Position numbers and translations under genes: made by a program
NCBI GenBank assembly: GCA_033442325.1
Contig: JAWQFM010000001.1
Span: 2,564,973 to 2,628,972 of the forward strand
From: Salpingoeca rosetta
Lineage: Eukaryota; Protista; Choanoflagellata
Direction of reading: 5' to 3'
Length of the DNA: 64,000 bases
Shown: piece after piece, positions 1 to 12,307 of the stretch
Layout: each line of letters opens with the position of its first letter
How positions within the stretch are numbered: the first letter of the stretch is position 1
Notes under the pieces: generated by a model
Told to the model about the DNA's origin: nothing
The model's database searches: none
What the model saw: the letters and a program-made list of their open reading frames with translations, nothing else

Positions 1-285
1 CCTTACAAATGCACAGTTGGTGTATTCTTTGTGCTGTTTGCCATGGTGTTGTCAGATGTGTTCTAAGTTGTACTCCAGTGCTCAGGAGTGTTGCTCTGGT
101 GACGGTTGCAACTTTGTTGCATTCTGTTGTTTCTGTGCCAGCATGACTTCCGCACATGTGTTTGCTTAGCCCGCCTGTGACCCCACCACCACCATCTCAC
201 ATCTTCTCATATGAACCCACCCTTCCCCTTCCCCTTCTCTCACATTTTCCCCTCTCACCTTTTCTCCTCGTGTCACCACGACCAG

Positions 286-2690
286 GTGTGAGCCCGCTGT
301 GCGACACGGTGAAGCCGGGCGAGACGCTTGCACTTTGGGTGCGTTACGTCAAGCCCAAGCGCGACGACGGCGTGTTGTTTGCAACGATTCGACGCTTGAT
401 CAGGGAGCAGCAGGCCAAGGAGGCCGCAGAGCGTGAGGCCGCAGCAGCAACAAGCGATGCGGTGAGCCCGTCCACATCCACGGCCAGCGATGCGAAGGCA
501 AGTGCAGGTGCCAAGCAAGGCAGCGGGAAACCGACGTCGAAGAAGCCGTCTGCTGACTCGACACGCACGGGCGTGTCTGCCAAGAGCGCGATATCCATTG
601 CCCCGTCAACCATGACCACATCGTCAACACAGCTGTCTGCGGAGACCCCCGACGACGCCCCACTCTCGCTTGTGGAGGTTGATCCGGCCATCCTCTCTGC
701 CGCGCTGCAAGAGGTGTACCCGCAGCGCATCCACCGGCAGCTCATTCCGTGCTACGTCAAGCCGCGCTCATCCTCGTCTTCGTCCTCGTCAGCGTCGAGC
801 AACACGGCCAACAATGGTGCTGATGGCGGTGCTGATGGCGGTGCTGACGGCAGCAGTCGCGGGCCCGCGGCCGTTGCCGTTGACACAACCGAGTGCTCGT
901 ATCTTGACGTTGAGGTGCCGGAGGTACCGCCTGTGCTGGCGGTCGTGTCGGACTATGGCAAGACGAAGCACGACTTTGGGCCCGTCTTCATTGGGGAGAA
1001 GGCGTACTACACGGTGGACGTGCTCAACATGTCGAGCGAGGTGGTGCACGTGAGCAGCAGCGTGCTGGACAGCTCTGGCGCATTTGCGACCGTCAAGGCC
1101 ATCCGCCCCATGCAGCCAGGCGCAGTGCAGCGCATTACAATTGCGTTTTGGCCGCAGGCTGCGCGCGCGTATTTCGAGCAGTTTGACATCTCATGCCGCC
1201 AGCAGACCATCAAGCTGCGGCTATTTGGGCAGGGCGTTGTGCCCACCTTAGAGGCGGTGCTGCCCAAACGCGAGACGCACTGCGAGTTGGTGTGTGCGGC
1301 CACGAGCCAGCCCGTGCCATCGGGGCCGTTCCTCATGTTCCACGATTGCATCAGTGGCGATCGTGTGCAGGCGAAGCTGCGGCTCCGCAACACATCCACG
1401 CTGCCGCTCTCCTTCACGCTCGCGTTTGCAAGCCAACAGGCCCGTGACAAGAACACTGTGGCCATCGCCAGCAGGCCGAACAAGAACGACGCGAGCAAGG
1501 GCGCAGCGGGCGTGCAGGAGGCGCCGACGGTTGCGTTTGATGCGCGTGTCGGCGCGGCGACGGTGGTGCGGCCACAGCGGCAGGAGTGGGACACGTGCAA
1601 CGTGAGTGGAACGCCGGCATTCTACTGTGAGCGGTACACGGGTCGCCTGGCGCCAACGGAGCACACGGACATTGCTGTGACGTTTGCGCCCGACCGCACC
1701 TCGCTCTTCTTCCGCGATGTGCTGCGTATCACGTACTCCAGCATGGTTGCGCCCATCTGTGTGGACGTGCGCGGGCGCGCGTGGAGTGCAGGCCCCTTCC
1801 TCATTGGCGGTGCATCGGCGGCGCTGCCCGCAGCAGACAACCTGCTCCTCCTCTCCCACTGCACTGGGGACGGGCTTGGCGATGCCGGTGATGGCAGCGG
1901 GGACGCAGCGGAGGTGAGTGGGAGCACAGGCGACGCTGGTGCCGAGGGCAAGGACGGCAACAGCGGTGGTGGTGGTGGCGGGAAGAAGAACAAGGGGCAG
2001 GTGAAGACGCTGCAGAGGCATGTGCCACTGCTGTACAGCTTGGCGGCGCACACAACGACAACGACGTCGGCGGGCAAGCCCGGGGATGGGAGTGGTGATG
2101 GCGACGGTGAAGGATCTGGGCCCATGTCTCGGGTGGTGTATGACAGCATTAGCACGACGCTGCTTGCCGGCATCCCTGTTGTGAGCGGCAACGCGGGGAA
2201 AAAGGTGACTGGCGAATGTGTTGTGCAGCCTTTAAGCGAGGAGGACCAGAGCAAAGGCTTCTCGCTGAGCGTGGTGAATCGTGCTTCGCTCGACAGCTCG
2301 CAACTCCTGCCGGTGGTGATCACATTCAAACCACTAACCAGCGATGATGAGAGTGACGGCGATGGTGAAGGTGATGGCGAAGATGGTGATGTGATGACAG
2401 CTGATGGCGAAGGGGCGACACGAGCGGGCGCTGATGGTGAAGAACAAGGCAAGTCTGACAGTGGTGGCCCTGGCGGCGAGCAACCAAAGCCTGCAGCAAC
2501 GTCACCCCGTGCGTCTCCCATGACGCCAACGCCACGCGGTGGTGCTGGGGAGCAAGAGGAGGAGGTAACGGCGCAGCGCAAGGACCTTGTGCCGGGCATG
2601 AAGCTCGTTGCTGCCACCTCGTTTGTTCTCAAATCGGGAGCACATGCCGTTCAGTATGACGTGAGCGTGCAAGTCACCGTGGTGGAGTAG
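286..2690 (+). CDS. CFAP74: Cilia- and flagella-associated protein 74 (ASH/Ig-like domains), terminal exon; 5' part lies upstream of the window
   Basis: Pyrimidine tract and ACCAG acceptor at 281-285, then a long ORF. The motifs HDFGPVFIG..VLN, LRLFGQGVVP, LRLRNTSTLPLSF and VTFAPDRTSLFFRDVL match the CFAP74 C-terminal half as I recall it. Confidence 0.8.
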
Positions 2691-2732
2691 CCATGGCGTC
2701 ATCAGTGTTTGCACGCGTATGTTGTTGTTTAA

Positions 2733-2733
2733 G

Positions 2734-2826
<93 letters not shown>
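2733..2826. repeat. (GTT)n microsatellite between convergent 3' ends
   Basis: Direct reading of the sequence. Confidence 0.95.
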
Positions 2827-2827
<1 letters not shown>

Positions 2828-3062
2828 GCCTGAGTGTATTGATCCGTGTACTTGCTTGTACACATGCCTCCAGGGAGCTGTGCTATTGTTGGTGTTAGAA
2901 TTCATTTGGGTGTGATCCTTCACCTTCTGTACATACAACACAGTACACCTGACACCAAACCGAGCCTGAAGAATCCACAAAGCAGGGCAAAAGCGAAGAG
3001 ACGGGAAGAGGAGGGGACGTAATGGAGAGGAATAACCGCCAGGGAGCAGCACAAGAGAGCCG

Positions 3063-3138
<76 letters not shown>

Positions 3139-3154
3139 CAGCGTGGCGAGCAAG

Positions 3155-4377
3155 TCAGTTGCCTGTCCGTGGGCCCTTCTCTGGGAGCTCTGGCTCGGGC
3201 ATGTCGTCGTGGGCGGCGTGCTGTTCATCCGGCAGGCGCCGCTGCGTGTGGAACCACTCGCTCTCAAACGCATCCCGGTCAACAGCAAGCCCGCTCGGGG
3301 GCACGTGCTCCACGTAGTCGCGCCCAATCTCGTCTGGCGCTGTGGCGATGGCGGTGGCAGTAAGGCTGGCGAGCTCATCTTGCACCACCTTCATGGCATC
3401 ATGACACGTCATGTCTGCAATGTCTGGTCGCACCCCGTGCAGTTCCGCCAACAACCTGCACGCACGCACAGCCGGCAGTGAGGTGACATGCGCGTGTACG
3501 TGCGCGCGTGTGTGATGTGATGTGTGTTTGTGGATGGCACCTGAGTGCGCGCGTGTGTGTGTTTGTGTGCGTGATGTGTGTGTTTGTTTGTGTTTGTTTG
3601 TGTGTGTGTGTGTGTGTGTGTGCGCACGCGCTCGATGGCACAAGTGTGTTTGTTTGTGTGTTGGTGCAGCGACATACTCTGCCTCATCGCGGATGCGCTG
3701 ATCGCGAACGAATCCGTGGGAGCTCAGCTGCGTCTGGGTATTGTCGAGTTCCCGCAAGGACGTGGTGTGCAGAGGTTGAAGAACGAGCATGATGTGAAGC
3801 TTGTCGTTTGACGCGACGTGCATGTTGGAAGGGAAAATGATACGAACAGGGTCACAGACACATGTGCGTAAACACACACACACACGCACACGTACACGCA
3901 CACACACGCGCATATCCACGCACGTCCACGCACACACGCACGCGCGCACATTTGCAGTGTGCCCAAACGTACAAACTTGAGCCAGGCCAAGGATCGGATG
4001 AGGGACTGGGTGCGATAGTTTGTGAGGCGCGCAGCATCATCATCAGCGCTCGTGGCGGCCAGCTACATCGCGCATGTTGTGATGAGGGATAGGGGTGAAT
4101 GAAAGGGTGATGCTGACGTGTACAAGACACACACCCACACATACACACGCACACATACACAAGCATGCGCACACAGGCGAGCGTGTAGCGAACTCACACG
4201 CGCATAGCATTTGGAGAGGAGGTGCCAATTACGGAAGTTGGTCTTCTGCGCCACAAGGCAGAGCTGGTACGCTCCAAGGGCATCTGCAGTGAACACGGAA
4301 TGTGCATATGTTCTTGAGAGGGGGTGCACATGAGCAAACAAGAACATGAAGCCTCTTCGCCTCATGAAGTGGGCCCC

Positions 4378-4456
<79 letters not shown>

Positions 4457-4457
4457 G

Positions 4458-4496
<39 letters not shown>

Positions 4497-4597
4497 ANNN
4501 NNNNNNNNNNNNNNNNNNNNNNNNNNNNNNNNNNNNNNNNNNNNNNNNNNNNNNNNNNNNNNNNNNNNNNNNNNNNNNNNNNNNNNNNNNNNNNNNN

Positions 4598-4648
<51 letters not shown>

Positions 4649-5093
4649 CATGCACCCGCCGTACCCTGTGTTTGGCTGCGGGGATGGCAATGTCAAGTCG
4701 CTTGAGGGCGAGGGCGGCGCGTGCTTCGGTCTCCGCCCACTCGCGCAGCTCTCCCTTCCCTGTGACGAGCGGCCTCAGCTCATCGCAGAGGGCAAGGGCC
4801 TGCTCGTAGTTCTCTCGCATCAGGGCCATGTTCGCCTTGCACAGCGACACCTTCTTGCGCTCATGGTAAGCGTGCTTGGCCAACGCTTCGTCCACATCGT
4901 CGAACCACAGGTGATCCAAGAACCGTGCCTTGAAGGACGTCGGTATGTCGCTACCCTCGCCCTTCTTACCCTTGTTGCCACCGCCATTGCTACTGTTGCT
5001 GTCTCCATCTGTTGCCCCGCCTTCCGCGACACCACTGCCATCGTCGTCGCTGCTGTCGTCAATCACCTCAAACAACACGTCCTCGTCCTCCAT
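3155..5093 (-). CDS. TPR-like helical protein, C8orf76-like; multi-exon, spans an N-gap
   Basis: ATG at 5093 (MEDEDVLFE). SFKARFLDHLWF...ENYEQALAL...ETEARAALALKR and FRNWHLLSKCY resemble C8orf76 (SYCAKLCEPQWF, NPWNWGKLAEAY). Last exon contains FESEWF and stops at 3155. Confidence 0.6.
4498..4597. other. Assembly gap (100 N)
   Basis: Run of N flanked by (CA)n. Confidence 1.
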
Positions 5094-5301
5094 TGCTTCC
5101 GTTGTCGCGTGTGTTGTGGTCCTTCCAAATTGCACGTGGCGTTGATGTTTGTGTTGCTGTTTGCCTTCGTGTACTTGCGCTTCGAATGAATGCCCACACA
5201 TGCAGAGATACACTTACATTACATACAGCTACAACAGCAACAACAACAACAACACACACACACAGCTCAGAGCGCCACTAACACAGAGCCGCGCTTGTGC
5301 G

Positions 5302-5430
5302 CTATTCGCGCCATGCAACATGGACGTCGTCTGTGCGGAAGCGCTGTGTAACCCACGTGTCCTCCAGTGGCGTCACGCCCCCGCTCCGGAACTGCTCCCA
5401 CCCGGCCTGATGCACACAGGCAAGCACGAG

Positions 5431-5469
<39 letters not shown>

Positions 5470-5961
5470 TACATACACACACACACACGCACACGCACAG
5501 CCAGTGGTGAACGTGAATGGTGCGTGTAGTCGACAGGAGATGGAATGCACACATATGCACACACACACACACACATCAACACACACAATGCGTCTCCTTG
5601 CATACCTGTGCAATCATGGCGCCGTTGTCGATGCAGAATCGCATGTCTGTGGCATACAACATTGCACCACGCTCCTTGGCCATCACCCCTGTTCATTGAC
5701 ACACATACACGTGCGCGCGTGTACGCAGTGTGGGTGAGCTCATCCACCTCCACAGCAACAGCGACAACGCGCAGTGTCTTGTAGCACACATCAACACACA
5801 TGCACATGCGCACACACATACACAAAAGTAGCGCACCCATCATCTCTTGGAGACGCTTGTTGCAGCCAACACCGCCAACAATCAGCACCTCCTGTGATCC
5901 ACAGTGCGCCATCGCACGCTCTGAACAGATACCGGTACAACGCATGCACACACGCACGCAC

Positions 5962-6016
<55 letters not shown>

Positions 6017-6558
6017 TTGACGGGAAAGCTAGGGCGTGAGGAAGAGTACGCACACGTATGTGACAGTGCGTGGAGCATGTGAGTTGAATGCATGTGTGGG
6101 TGGGTGGGGGGGGGAACATGGCCACCTGTGATTTCGACGAGCATGGCAAAGACGGTTTCCTGGAGAGAATAGCAAAGATCCGCAGCCGTGCACTCGCCCT
6201 TGGCAATCTGCACACACAATCACACACACACACACACATGAGCTGTAGTGATCGTGTCGTAGCGAACATGCAAGAACAGCAGCCTTTGCGCGCGCGCGTG
6301 TGTGTGGTGTCATTGCATATGCAGGTGGGGCGACGCATAGGGATGAACCTTCTTTCGTGCTGCCTTCTCTATGAACGAAAGAATGCCTGCAAGCAATCAA
6401 GACATTGAAAGTCAGCCATGCAGAGTGCCGTCCAACACCGCAACACGACAACGAAGCGTGGACGAAGAGCGAACGAGATGTCGATCACACACACATACAC
6501 ATGCGCGCATACACACGCACACACACACACGCACACGCACACACACTCACACACACAC

Positions 6559-6624
<66 letters not shown>

Positions 6625-7700
6625 GGTGTACCTGAGAAGGAGACGTCCATGCCCTTGACGACGTACGGCAGCTGGATAAACTTCTTGCCCTCCTTCGCCA
6701 ACTGCTCAATGTTGTACCCGGGGCTGGGATCGTTTGAAATCTGGTCCCATATCATCATGGCAATGATGGCGCGTGTGGTGAGCAATCGCAGCTGTCACGC
6801 GTGCACCGAGCACAAGCAAGTATGTGCTCAGCAGGCATCGAGAAAGAGAGGAGCGCGCACATACATACATTCACACACGAACCGAAGGTGCACACATGCA
6901 CACGTATATGCACACGTACGTGCAACCATGCACGCACCTTGAGGACACGCGCGAAGCGGTCAAGGCAGTTGCCAACTGCCATATCGATGGTCTCACCAAA
7001 GACACGATAGCACTGGCGGGAGTACGCAATGACCTGCGTGTTGCCACCGCTCACGTACAGCACTGTCGGGTTCTGTGCACCAGTGATTAACCTGCGCCAT
7101 TGTTGTTGCGATGAGTGCAAACCCAAGGATGTGAACGGCGAGGCAATGGGTGCCTGGAAGGCAAGTGGGTGGTCACACACACACAGCAACCGAAGGTGAC
7201 CGCACACACGTACACACACATACACACTTACACACATACACACATACACGCATGCACACATACACACATACACACACACGCGCGCGCGCGCAGGGCAGCC
7301 AGCACGGTTCATGAAAAGAGGGGGGGGGGAGTGCTCCGTTTCCTGCCACAACTCACCTGCCCATCTCAATATGGCCAACGCAGTGGTTGACGCCGACGAG
7401 GGGCTTGTTCCACAGCTGTGCCACGGTCCGAGCCACCACCGCCATTACCGTCAAGGGCGCAGCCATTCCTGTAAAGTGAAGGGGCCGAGAAAGATCAGGG
7501 TAATGACAAGGACCAGGGTCAAACAGAGCTAGCCTTGTGTTTCAGCCCAAAGAACCAACACGCGTGGAAACATGTGCATGGTGGCGGGGGTGACCCACCT
7601 GGCCCTTTTGTGAAGCAGATGCAATCCACATCTTGTGGTGTAATCTACACAGCATGACAGCATGACAAGCACGCAAAGGGCAACATGGATGAGTGAGACA

Positions 7701-7792
<92 letters not shown>

Positions 7793-7977
7793 ACTTGAGT
7801 TGCAGAGAAATTAACCTTTGCTTCCTCCAAAGCCCGTCGCAGAATGTCGAGGACTTTTGCTCTGTACGCATGCAAACACGTTGTTGTTGTTGTGAACGAA
7901 ATCTTGAGACGGACCGCATGAATTGCACGAAGCCATGCCAGTGCATGCAAATGCACCCGCATGCATGTGCACACACC

Positions 7978-8047
<70 letters not shown>

Positions 8048-8273
8048 TAGAAACGCACACTTACACCACACCCCCCCCCCCAACTCCCAAACACACACAC
8101 ACACACACATAAGCACATGTGTACCTGTGGTGCCGAGCAGTCTCGCTTGGCTGGAACCCTTCGCCTGGGGGTGTGATGTATGTGTCCCTCACATTCGACA
8201 GCACCTCACCATCCCGCACAATCCCAACACCCACCTTGTTTGCGCTGCCCTCAAACCCAACAGCGACCACCAT
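5302..8273 (-). CDS. OSGEP: tRNA N6-adenosine threonylcarbamoyltransferase, KEOPS catalytic subunit; ~11 exons
   Basis: Exons give [90 protein letters not shown] and QRFRTDDV, all with GT-AG junctions. Confidence 0.97.
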
Positions 8274-9012
8274 CGCTTCTGCTTGGTGTAGTACCGAAAA
8301 TTCACCTAAATCATCAGCTAATCCTCGGAATTCCTTGCTGGCTTGCACGTCATGTTTTGCCGCACAAGCACAAGAGGAAAAGGAGGACGCCAGCAAGCAA
8401 GCAAGCAAGCAAGCAAGCCACTCACTCAGCCAACACAACACAACACGCCACCCACTTTGGCTCTTGCTGCCTTGCCTTGCTTGCTGGCTTGTTGCTTCGT
8501 ACCCTCCTGCTCCTCCTCTTCCTCGTCCTCGCTCCAGCAGCTTGCTTGGTTCGTGTGGCCGGTCATTTGTCGCAACAAGCCATACTCATCTCCTGCGACA
8601 TCACATCACCAACCAGGTAGCGCATGTGCGTGCGTGTGTGCTCTGCTCTTCTTGTTGTTGCGTTCGTTCCACTCGGACAGCATTTTGGCGGGCAAGCAAG
8701 CAAAAGGGGTTCACTCTTGTTGCCCACAACAACAGCACCAGCCACAACAACAACACATCAACAAGACCATCGTGGGTGTGTGATCGTGCACATAACCCGA
8801 CACGCAGCACCATCACGAACAACATCATTTTGCCCGCCCTCACCGTTTGTTTTGGCTCCATCCCCCACCACCCCTTTCGTTCTACATCTTCCCCCCCCCC
8901 CCCACACACGCACGCAGCCTCTGCTTGTCCACCTCCCCACTTTGATGAACAGGCTACTCGAGCAATCATCGCAAAGCAAACAAACCACAGTCAGCGTATT
9001 CGTTCGCCTGCC

Positions 9013-11589
9013 ATGACGAGCGTCGACGATACACAGCGGCCCTTGGCCCTGCATCGCGTCGACGTGCAGCCGGTCCAGGTGGCAGAGGCACCACCAGGCC
9101 TTCGCCACCACCACCATCACCAGCACCACGATGATGATCATGATCATGATGGTGAGGATGAGGATGATGATGGCGACTACGGTGTTTACAGTCCCGACCG
9201 TGCACATGATCAAGCGTTGCGTGACGCTGGTGGATCAGCGGACACATTTGACAGCGCCTCTGTCTTCTCATTCTCAGACGAGTCTGTCCAGCTTCCAAAT
9301 CAGATTGACCGCTCCCTGTCTCCCTTTACATCCATCACGCCGCCGCTCCCTCGCATGCAAGCCTCTGCATTCCACAACCACCACCATCACACCACCCAAC
9401 AGCAGCACCAACAACAGGCATATCAACACCACAGAACTCGACACAGCAGCTTGAGAGAAAGCAGTTCGCAGCAAGAGGCGCAGCAGCATCAATCTCGGCA
9501 TCGTCGCTCCATGGGCCGCTCGTACTCTCACACCTCCTTCCAACCCATCAGCTACGACGTCGGAAGCGCGCAGCACCCACACCACCATCACCAGCAGCAG
9601 CCGCAGCAACAACACCACCACCACCACGCACTGCCAGCGACATATTCTGTGAGCCACGCTTCTTGGGCAGTGGCAGCTTCGCAGCCGGCTCGCGCCGCAA
9701 CCGCTGTAAGTCCCACAGCACCATCGCGGCCACAGTGGAGCGCATCAATCACAGCTGCGGCGGCGCGTCAACCCAGGGGGCGCACACCATCGGCACGCGG
9801 CCGCCCAACGACGGCAGCACATCAGCAGCAGCAGCACCAGCACCACCACCATCACCAGCATGGTGGTGCTTTGTGGATGACTGCGCCTGCGCACAGATAT
9901 GGCGAGGCAACCTCGAACGCAATGGATCTCTCCCAGACGTTCACGGCGTTGTCCATGGGCTCACACCATGCAGTGGACGATGATGGCCAGAGCGCAACGA
10001 GACCAACAATAACAACGAACACCGCCACAAACGACAGCGACAACAGCAACAGCCTTCATGGCAGTGGTCACGGCGTGGACACGACACGCGCGTGGTTGTC
10101 GCGCGCACCGCGTGATGATGTGGAGGCCTATGTGGCGCAGCTGCACCAACAGCTACAGGATGCCAACACGTCGCTGGCGCTGGCCCAAACAATGGGGCGC
10201 CCAACCTGCAGCACGTGCGAGCGGCAATACGGCGCAGACAACACGCCGTTCCTCATCCAGTGCCAGACGTGTCTGAACGAGACCGGACTTGGCGAGATCG
10301 CCACACCACACGGCCGCCACACATCCACCCGCCAGCACAGCTACGACAGCCACGACTCCCACCACCACCACCACCACCACCACGATCACCAACAGCAGCT
10401 ACACTCGCGTGCTCAGAGCCGTGAGCACCAGCAGCACCACCAGCACCAGCGCGGGGAGGGCGCGCATACATTTCAGCACCGTGGTGAGCCCGTGCTCCCG
10501 TCCGTGTGGCGTGGTGGCGTGGACGACAGCGGGTTTGTGGACGCCGGCACTGGTGACAGCGCTGCTGTTCCGCGTGGCGTTGCTCCTCCTCTTCCTCCAC
10601 CTCCTCGTGCGACTGCTGCTGATGATAATGGTGATGATGGTGAAGGTGTTGGTGCTTCTGTCGAGGATGAGCCGGCGGTTCGCGATGGCCGCCAGCGCCC
10701 GGCAACAACACCGCCCCGCATGCGCTCACGCTCGCGCACGACCTCCCATCGTCGGGACACGTGTGCAATCCACCCCTTACCGACCACCACCAGCAGCAGC
10801 AGCAGCAGCAGTAGCAGTCGTGGTACTGCCTACGGCGACGTTGGTGGCGGTGGCAGCAAGCAGCGAGGTGGCGCAAGCGTCCACCCGGACATGATCGTGG
10901 GCTGCGTGGTGCCGGATGCAGAGTTTATCAAGGCGGTCAAGAACGGCGTGGAGGACAGCGGTGACATGGTGCACCCGGACAATCTGTGCTGCCCCATCAC
11001 CTTTGACCTGTTTGTGGACCCCGTTGTTGCCAGTGATGGCATCACGTACGAGCGAGCGGCCATCGAGGCGTGGCTGCAAGACAACCGCATGTCGCCCCTC
11101 ACGCGCTGTCCCATGAGCCGCAACCTCTTCCCAAACGTGCTTGTGCGCAAGCTTGTCGGCGAGTACCGCGAGGCATTTGGCATACCGCCACCGACACCGC
11201 CCGCGCAGCACGCGGCGACAGACCTCGGCGACCTTGGCGATGGCGGGCGTGCTGCCAACGCCAACAACAGCGGCCGTGATGACGCCGATGGTGACGAGCC
11301 ACAGTACGCGGAGATGCTCGGGCTTTCCACAGGCGGCAGCGGCGGTGTGCACGGCGACTCGCGATCGCTGCAGCAGCTGATGGATCTCCTCTTCACCATT
11401 CAGCGCAGCGCCAACACGGGCACGGGGAGCGACACCTCGTCCGACCTTGGCCACCGCGGGGGCGAGGACGACGGCATGGGCGCGTGGGGCCAACAGGAGC
11501 AGCCGTCACGGCGTCGTATTCGCCACGCCTCTCGCCTCCGCCGCCGCTTCTCATCGCGTGTGGAGGGCGCGCAGTGCACCATCTCCTGA
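9013..11589 (+). CDS. Intronless U-box E3 ligase-like protein with His/Gln low-complexity N-terminus and C-terminal polybasic+CaaX motif
   Basis: GCC-ATG-A start at 9013. U-box: LCCPITFDLFVDPVVASDGITYERAAIEAWL...SPLTR...LFPNVLVRKLV. Ends RRRFSSRVEGAQCTIS*. Confidence 0.85.
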   Translation: MTSVDDTQRPLALHRVDVQPVQVAEAPPGLRHHHHHQHHDDDHDHDGEDEDDDGDYGVYSPDRAHDQALRDAGGSADTFDSASVFSFSDESVQLPNQIDRSLSPFTSITPPLPRMQASAFHNHHHHTTQQQHQQQAYQHHRTRHSSLRESSSQQEAQQHQSRHRRSMGRSYSHTSFQPISYDVGSAQHPHHHHQQQPQQQHHHHHALPATYSVSHASWAVAASQPARAATAVSPTAPSRPQWSASITAAAARQPRGRTPSARGRPTTAAHQQQQHQHHHHHQHGGALWMTAPAHRYGEATSNAMDLSQTFTALSMGSHHAVDDDGQSATRPTITTNTATNDSDNSNSLHGSGHGVDTTRAWLSRAPRDDVEAYVAQLHQQLQDANTSLALAQTMGRPTCSTCERQYGADNTPFLIQCQTCLNETGLGEIATPHGRHTSTRQHSYDSHDSHHHHHHHHDHQQQLHSRAQSREHQQHHQHQRGEGAHTFQHRGEPVLPSVWRGGVDDSGFVDAGTGDSAAVPRGVAPPLPPPPRATAADDNGDDGEGVGASVEDEPAVRDGRQRPATTPPRMRSRSRTTSHRRDTCAIHPLPTTTSSSSSSSSSRGTAYGDVGGGGSKQRGGASVHPDMIVGCVVPDAEFIKAVKNGVEDSGDMVHPDNLCCPITFDLFVDPVVASDGITYERAAIEAWLQDNRMSPLTRCPMSRNLFPNVLVRKLVGEYREAFGIPPPTPPAQHAATDLGDLGDGGRAANANNSGRDDADGDEPQYAEMLGLSTGGSGGVHGDSRSLQQLMDLLFTIQRSANTGTGSDTSSDLGHRGGEDDGMGAWGQQEQPSRRRIRHASRLRRRFSSRVEGAQCTIS

Positions 11590-11603
11590 GTTGGCGATGG
11601 TGA

Positions 11604-11707
<104 letters not shown>

Positions 11708-12307
11708 ATTATCGTATTAATCGTGAAGCACCCTGTCGTTGATTTTTAACCCATTTCTTTCTTGCTGTTTGGTTTGTTGTTACATTATCGCACGCCTGGC
11801 TGGCATGATGTTTAACTGATGCTTGTTTGTCCACAGTGCCTCGTTGTGTCATATGCCTTCTCTGTTTTCTTTCCTTCTTTCTTTCTTTTCTTTCTTTTTG
11901 TAACTTCTGGACTGCCTTTGACCTGCTTGCTTGCTTGCTTGTTCCTTGCTTCCTTTCCGTACTCGCCCCTGCCCCCACCCGTCCGAAAGAGGGCATCTGC
12001 TTTTCATTCCTAAGGAATAATGAATGACAGTGATGATTGTTTTGATGATATGATGTGACCTTCTTGTTTTTTTTTTTTTTTTTTTTTTTTTGCAGTACCG
12101 TGCGAGCAAGCAGTAAACGACACATTCGTATCAACAGCAGCAATAACCGGCATGCGGAGATCCCACAGCCGTGAGCCAGGCGGCTTTTCTGTTCGTAAGA
12201 CCATCATCATCATCATGAACAACGCAATGCACAAAAAGTCGGGGGTGTGGGTGTGTGGAGGGGGGAGGGGGTGCAAGGAGGAACGTCAGCACACGTTCAC
12301 AGCAACG

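Noticed and set aside
156-285. N-terminal part of ORF 156..2690
   Set aside because: Pyrimidine-rich intron end with an ACCAG acceptor at 281-285; CFAP74 similarity begins after it.
8119-9012. 5' extension of the 1156-aa ORF upstream of the U-box gene ATG
   Set aside because: It overlaps OSGEP exon 1 antisense and promoter/leader-like GCAA and CAA repeats. The ATG at 9013 has better context and coding-like composition begins there.
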